DNA from: an uncultured Bacteroidia bacterium
GTDB taxonomy: Bacteria > Bacteroidota > Bacteroidia > Palsa-948
Length of the DNA: 64,000 nt
Assembly (NCBI GenBank): GCA_964481195.1
Contig: CAYZTB010000006.1
Coordinates: 13,250-77,249, forward strand
Direction: 5' to 3'
In this document: piece by piece, positions 18,133 through 29,357 of the stretch
Position numbering within the stretch: position 1 is the first letter of the stretch
Layout of the letters: every line of letters starts with the position of its first letter
Translations under genes and position numbers: made by a program
Notes under the pieces: model-generated
Told to the model about the DNA's origin: nothing
Database searches by the model: none
What the model saw: only the letters and a program-made list of their open reading frames with translations

Positions 18133-19818
18133 ATGAGCGAAGGCAGACAGGTTATATTTTCGATGGTAAACGTCAGCAAGACGATTCCAACCAACCAAAA
18201 AGCGATATTAAAAGATATTTATCTTTCATTTTATTATGGAGCTAAAATTGGAGTGCTTGGATTGAATGGTTCAGGTAAATCAACTTTATTAAAAATTATT
18301 GCTGGAATAGATACTAATTATCAAGGAGAAATCCATAAATCTCCAGGGTACAATATTGGCATGTTAGATCAAGAACCTGTTTTGGATGACAATAAAACGG
18401 TATTAGAAACTGTTCGAGAAGGAGCTAAAGAACATGCCGATATTTTAAAGGAATATGAAGAAGTAAACAATCTTTTTGCCGACCCTAAATATGCTGAACC
18501 TGATGCAATGCAGAAACTCATTGATAAGCAGGCTCGCTTAAATGATCTTATCGATAAACATGATTTATGGAATTTGGATAATCGCTTAGAGCAAGCTATG
18601 GAAGCACTGCGTTGTCCAGAAAGTGATACGCCAATTAAAAATCTTTCGGGTGGAGAACGAAGAAGAGTAGCGCTATGTAGATTACTTATTCAAGAGCCAG
18701 AAGTTTTATTATTGGATGAACCTACAAACCATTTGGATGCTGAATCGGTAGAATGGTTGGAGCTTCATTTAAAAAATTATAAAGGAACTGTAATTGCTGT
18801 AACGCACGATAGGTATTTCTTGGATAATGTAGCAGGTTGGATTTTAGAACTAGATAGAGGCTCTGGAATTCCTTGGAAAGGAAATTATTCTTCTTGGTTA
18901 GATCAAAAAGCAAAGCGCTTAGCGCAGGAAGAAAAAACAGAGAGCAAGCGCCAGAAGTATTTAAAGCGTGAGCTGGAATGGGTGCAAAAAGGCTCTAAGG
19001 GCAGACAAGCTCAACAAAAAGCCCGTTTACAGAACTACGAGAAAATGGCTTCGGAAGATATTTCTTCTAAAGAGGAAAATTTGGAAATTTTTATTCCTAA
19101 CGGCCCTCGCTTAGGAAAAGAAGTAATAGAAGCTGTAAATGTTTCTAAAGCTTTTGGCGACAAGTTGTTATATGAAAATTTGAATTTCAAATTACCTCCT
19201 GCAGGTATTGTTGGAATTATTGGGCCAAACGGAGCCGGTAAAACTACCATCTTCAAAATGATTATGAAGCAGGAAAAGCCTGATAAAGGAGAATTTACAA
19301 TTGGCGAAACGGTAAAGATTGGTTACGTGGATCAGGCACATTCGGATATTGACCCCAACAAAACGTTGTACGAAGTTATTAGCGGTGGATTAGATAATAT
19401 TTTATTAGGCGGTAAGCCAATGAATTCCCGAGCATATATTTCGAGATTTAATTTTGGTGGAACGGATCAAAGCAAAAAATGTGGTGTATTGTCAGGTGGT
19501 GAAAGAAACCGTTTGCATTTAGCCATTGCATTGAAGTCAGAAGGAAACGTGTTGCTGTTGGATGAACCTACAAATGATTTGGATGTAAATACATTGCGTG
19601 CCTTGGAAGAAGGGTTAGAAAACTTTGCAGGTTGTGCAGTAATTATATCGCACGATCGTTGGTTTTTAGATAGAGTATGTACACATATTTTAGCTTTTGA
19701 AGGCGATTCTACTATTTACTGGTTTGAAGGCGGATATTCAGAGTATGAAGAGAATAGAAAAATGCGACTTGGTGATGCAGCGCCTAGGCGAGTTAGATAT
19801 AAAAAACTTACAGTTTGA
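18133..19818 (+). CDS. ettA: Energy-dependent translational throttle protein EttA (ABC-F ATPase)
   Basis: 561 aa with two ABC cassettes. Walker A motifs GLNGSGKST and GPNGAGKTT, signature motifs LSGGERRR and LSGGERNR, and a short inter-domain linker. N-terminus [16 protein letters not shown] is typical of EttA/YjjK. Confidence 0.85.
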   Translation: MSEGRQVIFSMVNVSKTIPTNQKAILKDIYLSFYYGAKIGVLGLNGSGKSTLLKIIAGIDTNYQGEIHKSPGYNIGMLDQEPVLDDNKTVLETVREGAKEHADILKEYEEVNNLFADPKYAEPDAMQKLIDKQARLNDLIDKHDLWNLDNRLEQAMEALRCPESDTPIKNLSGGERRRVALCRLLIQEPEVLLLDEPTNHLDAESVEWLELHLKNYKGTVIAVTHDRYFLDNVAGWILELDRGSGIPWKGNYSSWLDQKAKRLAQEEKTESKRQKYLKRELEWVQKGSKGRQAQQKARLQNYEKMASEDISSKEENLEIFIPNGPRLGKEVIEAVNVSKAFGDKLLYENLNFKLPPAGIVGIIGPNGAGKTTIFKMIMKQEKPDKGEFTIGETVKIGYVDQAHSDIDPNKTLYEVISGGLDNILLGGKPMNSRAYISRFNFGGTDQSKKCGVLSGGERNRLHLAIALKSEGNVLLLDEPTNDLDVNTLRALEEGLENFAGCAVIISHDRWFLDRVCTHILAFEGDSTIYWFEGGYSEYEENRKMRLGDAAPRRVRYKKLTV

Positions 19819-21242
19819 AACCAAGCATCCCTAAAGGCACACGAGACTTTTCTCCTACCGAAATGGTAAGGAGAAATTTTATTTTTAAAACAATTCGCGA
19901 AGTTTTTGAAAGGTATGGCTATCAGCCTATCGAAACTCCTGCTATGGAGAATATTGAAACGTTGACAGGAAAATATGGGGATGAAGGGGATAAGTTGATT
20001 TTTAAAATTTTAAATTCAGGTGAATATGCAGATAATGTTCAGATTAAGAGTGTGGATATTGATAATGTAAAAAATAAATTTCTTAGGGATAATTCTCCAT
20101 TTGCTTTATTAAGTGATTTTGTTCAGTCAAATAAACTTGCCAGTCAAATTAGTGAGAAGGCCTTGCGTTATGACCTTACCGTTCCCTTTGCCCGTTATGT
20201 AGTTCAACATCAAAACGAAATTACTTTTCCATTTAAGCGCTATCAAATACAACCTGTTTGGAGAGCAGATAGGCCTCAGAAAGGACGTTACCGTGAGTTT
20301 TTTCAGTGTGATGCAGATGTGATTGGAAGCGATTCTCTTTTGAATGAAGTGGAGTTGGTGCAAATTATTAATGATGTTTATTCTAAGTTGGGGATTTCGG
20401 TAACTATTAAAATAAATAATCGAAAAGTGCTTTCTGGTCTTGCTGAAGTGATTGGTGAAAAAGACAAAATAGTTGACATCACCGTTGCGATTGATAAGCT
20501 TGATAAAGTTGGAGTAGAGGGTGTGAATAAAGAGTTAAAAGAAAAAGGAGTTTCTGATTCTGCTATTCAAAAACTACAACCGGTTATTTCCTTTACAGGA
20601 AATCAAAAGGAGAAAATAGATTTATTAAAACAAATTATTGGTGGAACGGAAGTTGGTAAAAAAGGTATTGAAGAAATTGAATTTGTTTTCAACTCTATTT
20701 CCAGCGGTAAATTGCCAATTACAAATTTAGAACTTGACATTACACTAGCCCGTGGTTTAAACTATTATACAGGAGCTATTTTTGAAGTAAAAGCCAACGA
20801 TGTTCAGATAGGTAGTATATGTGGTGGCGGACGTTATGATGATTTAACCGGAATATTTGGCTTGCCCAATGTTTCAGGAGTAGGAATCTCATTTGGCATT
20901 GATCGCATTTTTGATGTTATGAATGAACTGAACTTATTTGAGAATTTAGGTTTAGCATCGTCAACTACTAAAGTAATGTTTGCGCATTTTGGGGATGAGG
21001 AAAGAAGTTATTGCATTGGAGTTGCTTCTCTTCTAAGAACTGCAGGAATTAATACAGAAATATATCCTGATGTGACAAAAAAAATATCTAAGCAATTTGA
21101 TTATGCAAATAAAAAGCAGATTCCTTTTGTTATTGTTGTTGGTGGCGATGAAATGAAATCCGGAGAGCTGGCTCTAAAAAATATGTCAACCGGGGAGCAA
21201 AGAAAATCCAACGTAGCTGAAATAATAAAAATACTTAGCTGA
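19815..21242 (+). CDS. hisS: Histidine--tRNA ligase
   Basis: 475 aa. N-terminus [19 protein letters not shown], class II motif 2 region [27 protein letters not shown], and the GGGRYDDL motif. The start overlaps the ettA stop by 4 bp. Confidence 0.9.
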   Translation: MKPSIPKGTRDFSPTEMVRRNFIFKTIREVFERYGYQPIETPAMENIETLTGKYGDEGDKLIFKILNSGEYADNVQIKSVDIDNVKNKFLRDNSPFALLSDFVQSNKLASQISEKALRYDLTVPFARYVVQHQNEITFPFKRYQIQPVWRADRPQKGRYREFFQCDADVIGSDSLLNEVELVQIINDVYSKLGISVTIKINNRKVLSGLAEVIGEKDKIVDITVAIDKLDKVGVEGVNKELKEKGVSDSAIQKLQPVISFTGNQKEKIDLLKQIIGGTEVGKKGIEEIEFVFNSISSGKLPITNLELDITLARGLNYYTGAIFEVKANDVQIGSICGGGRYDDLTGIFGLPNVSGVGISFGIDRIFDVMNELNLFENLGLASSTTKVMFAHFGDEERSYCIGVASLLRTAGINTEIYPDVTKKISKQFDYANKKQIPFVIVVGGDEMKSGELALKNMSTGEQRKSNVAEIIKILS

Positions 21243-21285
21243 TTTAACCAGTGTTTATCTGTGTAATCTGCGGTGAACTAAAAAA

Positions 21286-22761
21286 ATGACTTATAAAATT
21301 AATTCCCAAATAGATTTTTCAACTATTCAGAAAATATTTTCTGAAAAGCAAAAAATTTCATTATCTGATAACGCAAAAAAGAAAATTGTAAAATGCAGAG
21401 CGTATCTTGATGATAGATTAAAAAATAATCAAGAAGCTATTTATGGAATCAACACAGGTTTTGGTTCCTTGTATAATAAATCTATTTCTAGTGCAGATTT
21501 GGAGAAGTTGCAAGAAAACATAGTGGTATCGCATGCGTGTGGACTAGGTGAGGAAGTGCCTCAGGAAATTGTAAAGCTGATGTTGCTTTTGAAAATTCAA
21601 GGCTTAAGTTACGGTTACAGCGCAGTATCACTTCAAGTAGTAGAAAGATTAATTTATTTTTTTAACAACGATATTTTACCTGTAATATATCAACAAGGCT
21701 CATTAGGTGCTTCAGGAGATTTGGCTCCGTTGGCTCATCTCTCTTTGCCCTTAGTTGGTTTAGGGGAAGTTAATTTTAAAGGGAAAAAAATTAGTACTTC
21801 TAATCTGAATAAAAAGTTAAAGATAACCCCTCTTAAATTTAAATCTAAAGAGGCCTTAGCACTATTAAATGGCACCCAATTCATGAGTGCCTATGGTGTT
21901 TGGATATTATTAAATGCGAATCGTTTAAGCAATTGTGCAGATACTGTTGGTGCTCTTTCTGTTGATGCTTTTGATGGAAGAATTGAGCCATTTAAGGATA
22001 ATATTCATGCCATTAGAGCACATACTGGACAGGTTTTTGTGGCAAAAAAAATCAAGAACCTTTTAAAAGGAAGTCAGTTAATTGCAAGAAAAAAAGAACA
22101 TGTTCAAGATCCATATTCTTTTCGTTGTATTCCTCAGGTGCATGGTGCCTCCCGCGATGCGATAGCATACTGCGAAAAAGTATTTTTGACTGAAATAAAT
22201 TCTGTCACAGATAATCCAACCGTTTTTCCTGATGAAAATGAGATTATTTCAGGTGGCAATTTTCACGGACAACCACTTGCCATCGCTTTGGATTTTTTAG
22301 CTATTGCTTTGTCAGAGTTAGGTAGTATTTCAGAGCGCAGAACATATCAATTAATATCTGGAGAAAGAGGTTTGCCGTCTTTTTTAGTTAGTAACCCCGG
22401 CTTAAACTCAGGGTTTATGATTCCTCAATATACAGCTGCAAGTATCGCTTCTCAAAATAAACAATTGTGCACGCCTGCCTCAGTTGATTCTATTGTTTCT
22501 TCAAACGGACAGGAAGATCATGTAAGTATGGGTGCCAACGCTGCTACTAAATGTTTTCAAGTTATGAATAATGTAGAGCGTATTTTAGCTATTGAATTAT
22601 TCACTTCAGCACAGGCAATTGAATTCAGAAAACCTACCAAATCTTCCCCTGCACTGGAAAAAATGCTTATTGCATTTAGAAAGAAAGTTAAATTTCTTGA
22701 TAATGATAAGCTTATGTATTATGAAATACTTGCTTCTGTATATTTTTTGAAGGAACTTTAG
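21286..22761 (+). CDS. Aromatic amino acid ammonia-lyase of the HAL/PAL/TAL family (MIO cofactor-dependent); histidine ammonia-lyase-like
   Basis: 491 aa. GINTGFGSL motif and the MIO-forming triad inside GASGDLAPLAHL. Substrate specificity (His vs Tyr vs Phe) is not resolvable by eye. Confidence 0.75.
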   Translation: MTYKINSQIDFSTIQKIFSEKQKISLSDNAKKKIVKCRAYLDDRLKNNQEAIYGINTGFGSLYNKSISSADLEKLQENIVVSHACGLGEEVPQEIVKLMLLLKIQGLSYGYSAVSLQVVERLIYFFNNDILPVIYQQGSLGASGDLAPLAHLSLPLVGLGEVNFKGKKISTSNLNKKLKITPLKFKSKEALALLNGTQFMSAYGVWILLNANRLSNCADTVGALSVDAFDGRIEPFKDNIHAIRAHTGQVFVAKKIKNLLKGSQLIARKKEHVQDPYSFRCIPQVHGASRDAIAYCEKVFLTEINSVTDNPTVFPDENEIISGGNFHGQPLAIALDFLAIALSELGSISERRTYQLISGERGLPSFLVSNPGLNSGFMIPQYTAASIASQNKQLCTPASVDSIVSSNGQEDHVSMGANAATKCFQVMNNVERILAIELFTSAQAIEFRKPTKSSPALEKMLIAFRKKVKFLDNDKLMYYEILASVYFLKEL

Positions 22762-22817
22762 TTTTTTTAATCTTACTACCTTCTTTTTTTCACTCTCAAG
22801 CCTCTTATTAGTGAAGG

Positions 22818-23855
22818 CTACTCTTTGTTATTCATTTGCGAGTCCAATCTTTTCTTTTCCGAAATTCTCCTGTTTAGTATATTGACATATGTAGCAGCTG
22901 TGGACTTATGACCACGGTTGTAGGCCTGATTGGCCCATTCAAGTGCTGCATCAAGATTTCCTTCGCGTTCACAACCCACTGCCATATTATACATAGCATG
23001 CCATGCAACTTTTTTATCGTTGTTGGAAGATTCCTTTTTCCAAATTGCCATGGCTCCTTTCCAGTCATTTACTTTTCTGGCTTTCTTCCCAGCCATTTTC
23101 ATATAGTCGCTTCCTCGTGTATAAAATGAACGAGTAACGGTAATCCATTGCGGAGATATTCTAAGTCCATAGGTAGTGCCTGCATGATAACCTGTTCGTT
23201 TAATACAATCTCTTTTGTTGGGTAAGTTTGCTAATGCTTGTTCAGGACTTGACCCTTTTGAATCAAAAGTCATAAAATCTGAAAAACGATATTCATCAAC
23301 AATTCTTTTATCTTTTGGAAAATATACTCTCCATCCCGACTTAACCTCCATCCTTGCATGGCTGTAATATTCTATAATAGTAGATTCAACTCCTTCTTTG
23401 TCTTTTATTTTTATTGGTTTTGAATCATTCGTAATTCGTGAGTCAGAGTCAAACGCTTCAAGCACTATTAATGCTTCGGAGTTATTTTGTTTGCATAAAT
23501 TTTCTACTTCAGCCCAGTTTAAAGGTGGTGCGAATTGTTCAGTGCCTGTTCCTTTAAATTCTATCGATGCTTGATTAATAAAAAAACGAGGGGTGCGTGT
23601 CATTATTTCCATAAGCCCGGAAAGTGTATGGTCAGCGCCTTCTCGATCAGCAAATATCCCCTCACCTGTTAATACGCCTTCAATAATATTCCAAGCTTGA
23701 TTTTTTTTGCTTGGTTTAGTGCGATTTGCTAATGTGAATTTTTCAATCTCACCCGGCAGTGTTACATCGGCTGGTTTTAATACTTGTAACTGAATGGAGG
23801 AGGTGCAGCTACTCAATACGGTTGCTACAAATAATAAAGAAAATAATTTTTTCAT
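22818..23855 (-). CDS. Hypothetical lipoprotein (345 aa) with a TPR-like C-terminal region
   Basis: Lipoprotein signal LSSCTSS. C-terminal helical segment AWHAMYNMAVGCEREGNLDAALEWANQAY. Confidence 0.45.
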   Translation of the reverse strand: MKKLFSLLFVATVLSSCTSSIQLQVLKPADVTLPGEIEKFTLANRTKPSKKNQAWNIIEGVLTGEGIFADREGADHTLSGLMEIMTRTPRFFINQASIEFKGTGTEQFAPPLNWAEVENLCKQNNSEALIVLEAFDSDSRITNDSKPIKIKDKEGVESTIIEYYSHARMEVKSGWRVYFPKDKRIVDEYRFSDFMTFDSKGSSPEQALANLPNKRDCIKRTGYHAGTTYGLRISPQWITVTRSFYTRGSDYMKMAGKKARKVNDWKGAMAIWKKESSNNDKKVAWHAMYNMAVGCEREGNLDAALEWANQAYNRGHKSTAATYVNILNRRISEKKRLDSQMNNKE

Positions 23856-23917
23856 TTTAAATTACTTTACAATTGTTTTTTCAATAATTATACCAATGGT
23901 AAACACAAATTACTCAA

Positions 23918-24607
23918 CTATTTACCGCGGTTTTCTCCCAAGAAAACAAATTGAATAATATTGGCGCCCATTTTTAATGCTTTTTGTCTAGTGGCCTCAG
24001 GGTCATTATGTACTTCAGGATCTTCCCATCCATCTCCTATGTCAGATTCAGTATTGAAAAAGCAAATAAGCCGTCCATCATAAATTAACCCAAACCCTTG
24101 CGGAGCTTTGTTGTCGTGCTCGTGAATTTTAGGAAGTCCATTGGGAAAGTCATATTTCTGATGGTAAATAGGATGAGAAAATGGGAGCTCCACAAAGTCA
24201 AGTTCAGGAAATACTTTTTTCATCTCTTTTCGAACGAATAAATTCATGCCATAGCTATCGTTGATGTTCAAAAATCCACCTCCTATTAAGTAATTTCTTA
24301 GATTTTCTGCTTCAGATCTGTTAAAGATTACGTTTCCATGTCCTGTTAGATGAACAAAAGGAAAATTAAAAATATCCTTGCTTCCAACTTCAATAACAGA
24401 TTCTTCTTCTTTGATGTTTGTGCCTAAGTTGCTATTACAAAAACGTATAAGGTTGGGTAGGGAAGTCGGACTTGCATACCAGTCGCCTCCTCCATTGTAT
24501 TTGAGTCTTGCAATTTGATAGGTGGGAGGTAGGAAAGATGAAAAAAATATGCCAACACTGCCAAGTAAAAAAAATAATACAAATCTTCTATTTAATATTT
24601 TTTTCAT
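23918..24607 (-). CDS. DUF4159-like secreted protein (229 aa)
   Basis: N-terminal signal/TM, then RLKYNGGGDWYASPTSLPNL, which I recall as characteristic of DUF4159-family proteins. Identification is from memory. Confidence 0.5.
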   Translation of the reverse strand: MKKILNRRFVLFFLLGSVGIFFSSFLPPTYQIARLKYNGGGDWYASPTSLPNLIRFCNSNLGTNIKEEESVIEVGSKDIFNFPFVHLTGHGNVIFNRSEAENLRNYLIGGGFLNINDSYGMNLFVRKEMKKVFPELDFVELPFSHPIYHQKYDFPNGLPKIHEHDNKAPQGFGLIYDGRLICFFNTESDIGDGWEDPEVHNDPEATRQKALKMGANIIQFVFLGENRGK

Positions 24608-24632
24608 TTAGGTGCTTGTCTAAACAGTAAAA

Positions 24633-25343
24633 TTAGAAGTTTGGTTTCAAATTATATTTTGAATAAAAGTCATTTATAATATTTACCACTTCATTGGGGG
24701 AGTCTACAATGTGAAATAAATTCACGTCTTCGGGGCTAATGTTTCCTTCAGAAAGCATAGTTCCCTTTATCCAATCTACAATGCCTTTCCAGTAATCAGT
24801 CCCAACTAAAATGATAGGGAAAGAGGCGATTTTAGTTGTTTGAATTAGCGTCAATGCTTCCATGAGTTCATCGAGCGTTCCAAAACCTCCCGGCATAGCG
24901 ACAAAACCCTGAGAGTATTTTAAGAATACAACTTTTCTAACAAAAAAGTACTTGAAGCTAATTAGTTTATCGCGGTCAATATAAGGATTTGGATTCTGCT
25001 CAAAAGGGAGTTCTATGTTTAATCCTACGGATTTTCCTCCACCTTTCTGTGCGCCCTTGTTTGCAGCCTCCATTATTCCAGGGCCACCTCCAGAAATAAC
25101 TCCATATCCTGATTTAGTAAGCTTGTAAGATATTTCTTCAGCCAGCTGATAGTATTTGTTTTCGGGCTTGGTTCTTGCAGAGCCAAAAACAGAAACGCAA
25201 GGCCCAATTTGAGCCATTTTTTCAAAGCCTTCAACAAACTCGGACATGATTTTAAAAATCTGCCAGGAATCTTTAGCTTTTATTTCTTGCCAGTCTTTAG
25301 TGGCTAATGCTTTTCTTATTCGTTCATCGTTGTTATTTTCCAT
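24633..25343 (-). CDS. LOG-family protein (TIGR00730 Rossmann fold; cytokinin riboside 5'-monophosphate phosphoribohydrolase-like)
   Basis: 236 aa with GGGPGIMEAANKGA and the PGGFGTLDELMEALTLIQ motif typical of LOG / lysine-decarboxylase-like proteins. Confidence 0.8.
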   Translation of the reverse strand: MENNNDERIRKALATKDWQEIKAKDSWQIFKIMSEFVEGFEKMAQIGPCVSVFGSARTKPENKYYQLAEEISYKLTKSGYGVISGGGPGIMEAANKGAQKGGGKSVGLNIELPFEQNPNPYIDRDKLISFKYFFVRKVVFLKYSQGFVAMPGGFGTLDELMEALTLIQTTKIASFPIILVGTDYWKGIVDWIKGTMLSEGNISPEDVNLFHIVDSPNEVVNIINDFYSKYNLKPNF

Positions 25344-25416
25344 TTTTTTATTTTAGTAAATTAAAAATATATCTAGCAGCTGCTTAACACAAATGTAAAA
25401 CAATGTTTTTAATAAT

Positions 25417-28311
25417 TTAATTCTGTTTTATGCCAGAAATAGTGAGTTCTTTTTTTAAAAATGCTGCCGTATGTGATGATTTATTATTTGTCATTTCTTC
25501 TGGAGTGCCTTCAAACAGAATGTGTCCTCCTTTTTGTCCGCCTTCGGGACCAACATCAATTATGTGGTCTGCCACTTTAATCACATCCATGTTGTGTTCA
25601 ATTACTAATACGGTGTTGCCGCTATCAGTAAGTTTGTTTAGCACATCTAGTAAAATGCGAATGTCTTCAAAATGTAAACCTGTAGTTGGTTCATCTAAGA
25701 TGTAAAGAGTTTTACCTGTATCCCGCTTAGCAAGCTCTGTTGCTAGTTTTACGCGTTGCGCCTCGCCACCCGATAGTGTAACGGATGATTGCCCAAGAGT
25801 AATATAGTTTAATCCTACATTTTTTAAAGCGCGCACTTTGAGAATGATATTAGGAATGCTTTCAAAAAACAATGCAGCTTCTTCAATGCTCATGTTTAGT
25901 ACATCGCTAATGGATTTCCCTTTAAACCTAACTTCTAATGTTTCGCGATTGTATCTTTTTCCTCCACAGGTTTCGCAAGAAACATAAACATCGGGTAAAA
26001 AATTCATTTCAATAGTTCTTACTCCTGCACCTTGGCATGTTTCGCACCTACCGCCCTTCACATTAAATGAAAACCTACCAGCTTTATACCCTCGAATTTT
26101 AGATTCGGGAAGTAAGGCGAATAGATTTCGTATTTCAGAAAATACACCCGTGTATGTGGCAGGGTTGGAGCGGGGAGTACGTCCAATTGGAGACTGATCT
26201 ACTTCAATTACCTTGTCAATATTCCCTAGGCCATCGATTGTTTTGTATGCTAAAGGTTTTTTGTGAGATCGATAAAAATGATTGCTGAGTATGGGGTAAA
26301 GAGTTTCGTTAATGAGTGATGATTTCCCGCTACCAGACACTCCAGTAATGCAAATAAATTTTCCAAGTGGAAAACTCACATCTACATTTTTTAAATTATT
26401 ACCCGATGCACCTTTAATTGAAAGGAATTCGCCATTTCCTTTTCTTCTGTTTAGAGGTATAGCAATGCTCAGTTCGCCATTTAAATAATTTGCAGTAAGC
26501 GAAAATGTGGTTTTAGTTAGTTTAGGATTAAGGAACATTTCAGGGCTGCCTTGCATAACTATTTTGCCGCCATGTATACCAGCTGCAGGACCTACATCTA
26601 TTACATGATCTGCAGCTAATATCATTTCTTTATCGTGCTCAACTACAATTACGGAGTTGCCTATATCTCTGAGGTTTTGGAGTGCTTTTATTAATCGGGA
26701 ATTATCTCGTTGATGTAGTCCGATGCTTGGTTCATCTAAAATATATAGCACATTCACTAGTTGAGATCCAATTTGAGTGGCCAGTCTAATGCGTTGCGCT
26801 TCTCCACCCGATAGCGTTTGAGCGCTTCTGTCTAATGTGATGTAGTCTAAACCTACATCCAGCAAAAACAATATTCTCTTTTTTATTTCTTTAAGTATTT
26901 CTTTGGCAATTATATTTTTAGTTTCTCCTAAATGCTGTTCAATGGTTCGAAACCATATATTAAGCTCGCTGATATCTAAAAATGCTAAGTCGGAAATGCT
27001 TTTGTTATTAATTTTAAAGTTATTCGCTTCTTTTTTTAAGCGTGTTCCGTTACATTCTGGGCAAATTTTTTCGTTCATGAACTCTTCTACCCACTTACTC
27101 ATAGATGGTGAAACAGCATCATCACTTTGTTTTGATAAAAAATTTACAATTCCCTCAAATGAAAGGGAATAGCTGTATGCTTTGCTGTTTGGATCTGTCT
27201 GTACTTTAAAAACTTCGTCAGCACCATACAGGATAATGTTTAGTGCATGTTCTGGTATTTTTTTTATGGGATCTTTTAACGAAAAGTGATACTTCAGAGC
27301 GATGGCTTCTATTTGCCTGAATATCCAAATAGGTTTATGCTCGCCAATTGGAATAATTCCGCCTTTGAAAATGCTCTTTCCAAAGTCAGGAATAATCTTA
27401 TTTACATCAATTTCACTTATATGGCCTAGTCCGTTACATTTTGGACAGGCACCTGCAGGTGAATTAAATGAAAAAGTATTTGGCTGTGGTTCATCATATG
27501 AAATGCCAGAAGTAGGACACATTAAATTTTTACTAAAGTAGACTGCCAGATTACTCTTTTCTTTAAGCACCATTAAGGTACCTTTACCATGCTTCATTGC
27601 AAGTATGTTGGAGTCAGTTAATCTTGTTGCGTTTTCTGTTTTTATTTCAAGGAGATCAATTACGATTTCGATATTGTGAATTTTATATCTATCGATAGCT
27701 AATCCGTGTTTTAGAGCTTGTATAGTTCCATCTATCCGTACTTTGGTAAAACCATTTTTTCTAAGTTGCTCAAATAGCTCCCGGTAATGTCCCTTCCGTG
27801 ATCGCACAAGAGGAGAGAGGATATAAATTTTTTCATTTACGTATTTCTGCTGAATTAAATTATTTATCTGATCGGTAGTGTAGCGAATCATTTTTTCGCC
27901 TGTTTCGTAGGAGTAGGCATCGGAAACGCGAGCATAAAGCAATCGTAGAAAATCGTAAATCTCAGTGATGGTGCCAACGGTAGAGCGAGGATTTCTACTA
28001 ACTGTTTTTTGTTCTATAGAAATTACTGGTGATAAGCCAGTGATTTTATCTACATCGGGTCTTTCCATTCCCCCCAAAAACTGCCTGGCATATGCCGAAA
28101 ATGTTTCAATGTATCTGCGCTGGCCTTCGGCATAAATTGTGTCAAATGCTAACGAGGATTTTCCACTACCGCTTAATCCTGTAATAACGACTAATTTATT
28201 TCTAGGAATAGAAACGTCTATGTTTTTTAGATTATGAACGCGCGCTCCTATAACCTCAAGAGAATCCGTTTCATCTATAACACTTAATTCATTTTCTTTA
28301 AGAACTTTCAT
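25417..28311 (-). CDS. uvrA: Excinuclease ABC subunit A
   Basis: 964 aa. Two ABC ATPase modules ([20 protein letters not shown]; signature LSGGEAQR twice) and zinc-finger Cys clusters ([25 protein letters not shown]). N-terminus [48 protein letters not shown] is canonical UvrA. Confidence 0.95.
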   Translation of the reverse strand: MKVLKENELSVIDETDSLEVIGARVHNLKNIDVSIPRNKLVVITGLSGSGKSSLAFDTIYAEGQRRYIETFSAYARQFLGGMERPDVDKITGLSPVISIEQKTVSRNPRSTVGTITEIYDFLRLLYARVSDAYSYETGEKMIRYTTDQINNLIQQKYVNEKIYILSPLVRSRKGHYRELFEQLRKNGFTKVRIDGTIQALKHGLAIDRYKIHNIEIVIDLLEIKTENATRLTDSNILAMKHGKGTLMVLKEKSNLAVYFSKNLMCPTSGISYDEPQPNTFSFNSPAGACPKCNGLGHISEIDVNKIIPDFGKSIFKGGIIPIGEHKPIWIFRQIEAIALKYHFSLKDPIKKIPEHALNIILYGADEVFKVQTDPNSKAYSYSLSFEGIVNFLSKQSDDAVSPSMSKWVEEFMNEKICPECNGTRLKKEANNFKINNKSISDLAFLDISELNIWFRTIEQHLGETKNIIAKEILKEIKKRILFLLDVGLDYITLDRSAQTLSGGEAQRIRLATQIGSQLVNVLYILDEPSIGLHQRDNSRLIKALQNLRDIGNSVIVVEHDKEMILAADHVIDVGPAAGIHGGKIVMQGSPEMFLNPKLTKTTFSLTANYLNGELSIAIPLNRRKGNGEFLSIKGASGNNLKNVDVSFPLGKFICITGVSGSGKSSLINETLYPILSNHFYRSHKKPLAYKTIDGLGNIDKVIEVDQSPIGRTPRSNPATYTGVFSEIRNLFALLPESKIRGYKAGRFSFNVKGGRCETCQGAGVRTIEMNFLPDVYVSCETCGGKRYNRETLEVRFKGKSISDVLNMSIEEAALFFESIPNIILKVRALKNVGLNYITLGQSSVTLSGGEAQRVKLATELAKRDTGKTLYILDEPTTGLHFEDIRILLDVLNKLTDSGNTVLVIEHNMDVIKVADHIIDVGPEGGQKGGHILFEGTPEEMTNNKSSHTAAFLKKELTISGIKQN

Positions 28312-29357
28312 TTTGCCTTTAATGAATCAAGAATAGGGGTAGGGTGTGAATAATCACTGGTGCTATCTGTCGTAGTGAGGAATGCAGCATAGGTATCATT
28401 AAACCCTGCTTCAGGTATGTCAATGAAATATGTTTTTTTGTTTTTATTAGTAAGAATTGGACGTTTTAGCCAGGGGTTAAAGTATTTTAATATTTTATAA
28501 CTAATGTTATTTTTTTGAGCAAAATCCCCAAAGTCGGTAATGCTAGAATCAATATGAATCTTTTTTGTGTTAATGGCTGGATATAAATCTTTTTTACGAA
28601 GAATAAAACCGTAGTTTTTAGGATTAGTAATTATTTCCTTCACAGCTAAAATTCTGAAAACGTACCTGGCTGTTTCGTCATTTAAAGACAAGTCATAGTA
28701 CGAGGTTGATTTTTGTTTTTCAAGTTGTTTTTTTAGCCCATCAATACCGATATTATAAGATGCAGCGGCTAATGTCCAACTGCCTAGAGTTTTGTATGCA
28801 TTGAGTATATATTTGCTAGCGGCCTCAGTTGCTTTTTCAACATGGTATCTTTCATCAACTTCATCATTTATTTCTAATCCATATTCTTTGGCAGTGCTTT
28901 CTAAAATTTGCCAAAAGCCAGTTGCTCCTTTTGGAGAAACAACATTTGAAAGATTGCTCTCAATCAAAGCAATGTACTTAAAATCATCCGGCACTCCATA
29001 TTTTTTTAATACTCTGCTAATTGTAGGAAGCCATCTGTTTGCGCGCTTGTGCATGAGTAAGCTTTGCGAATGGAAATAGGTGTTTACCAATAGCTCTCTT
29101 TCCATGCTTTCAATCACTGTAAAATCATAAATCGGAACTTTTTCCCCTGCAAAATTTAAACCGCGTGGAATAGGAACGGAGGAGATTTGATTATGCGCCA
29201 AAAATGATTTCCAATAAAGCTCATCTTCACTTGCAGACTTTGTGGAAAAAACAAATAGCTCAATGGGGATAAATAATAAAAGTGCAAGAGATGCTATTTT
29301 TAAAGTTCTCTGGTGTCGATTGAAAAGTTCTCTAAAATTACGCAATACCTTTTTCAT
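28308..29357 (-). CDS. Lytic transglycosylase (SLT) domain-containing protein
   Basis: 349 aa with an N-terminal TM/signal. SLT catalytic region ALIESNLS...GATGFWQILESTAKEYGL and AAASYNIG motif. Overlaps uvrA by 4 bp. Confidence 0.65.
   Translation of the reverse strand: MKKVLRNFRELFNRHQRTLKIASLALLLFIPIELFVFSTKSASEDELYWKSFLAHNQISSVPIPRGLNFAGEKVPIYDFTVIESMERELLVNTYFHSQSLLMHKRANRWLPTISRVLKKYGVPDDFKYIALIESNLSNVVSPKGATGFWQILESTAKEYGLEINDEVDERYHVEKATEAASKYILNAYKTLGSWTLAAASYNIGIDGLKKQLEKQKSTSYYDLSLNDETARYVFRILAVKEIITNPKNYGFILRKKDLYPAINTKKIHIDSSITDFGDFAQKNNISYKILKYFNPWLKRPILTNKNKKTYFIDIPEAGFNDTYAAFLTTTDSTSDYSHPTPILDSLKAK

Noticed and set aside
19815-22761. hisS plus ammonia-lyase as part of a histidine-utilisation (hut) operon
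   Set aside because: No hutU, hutI or hutG homologues are present in the window. The linkage is kept only as a curiosity in the findings.
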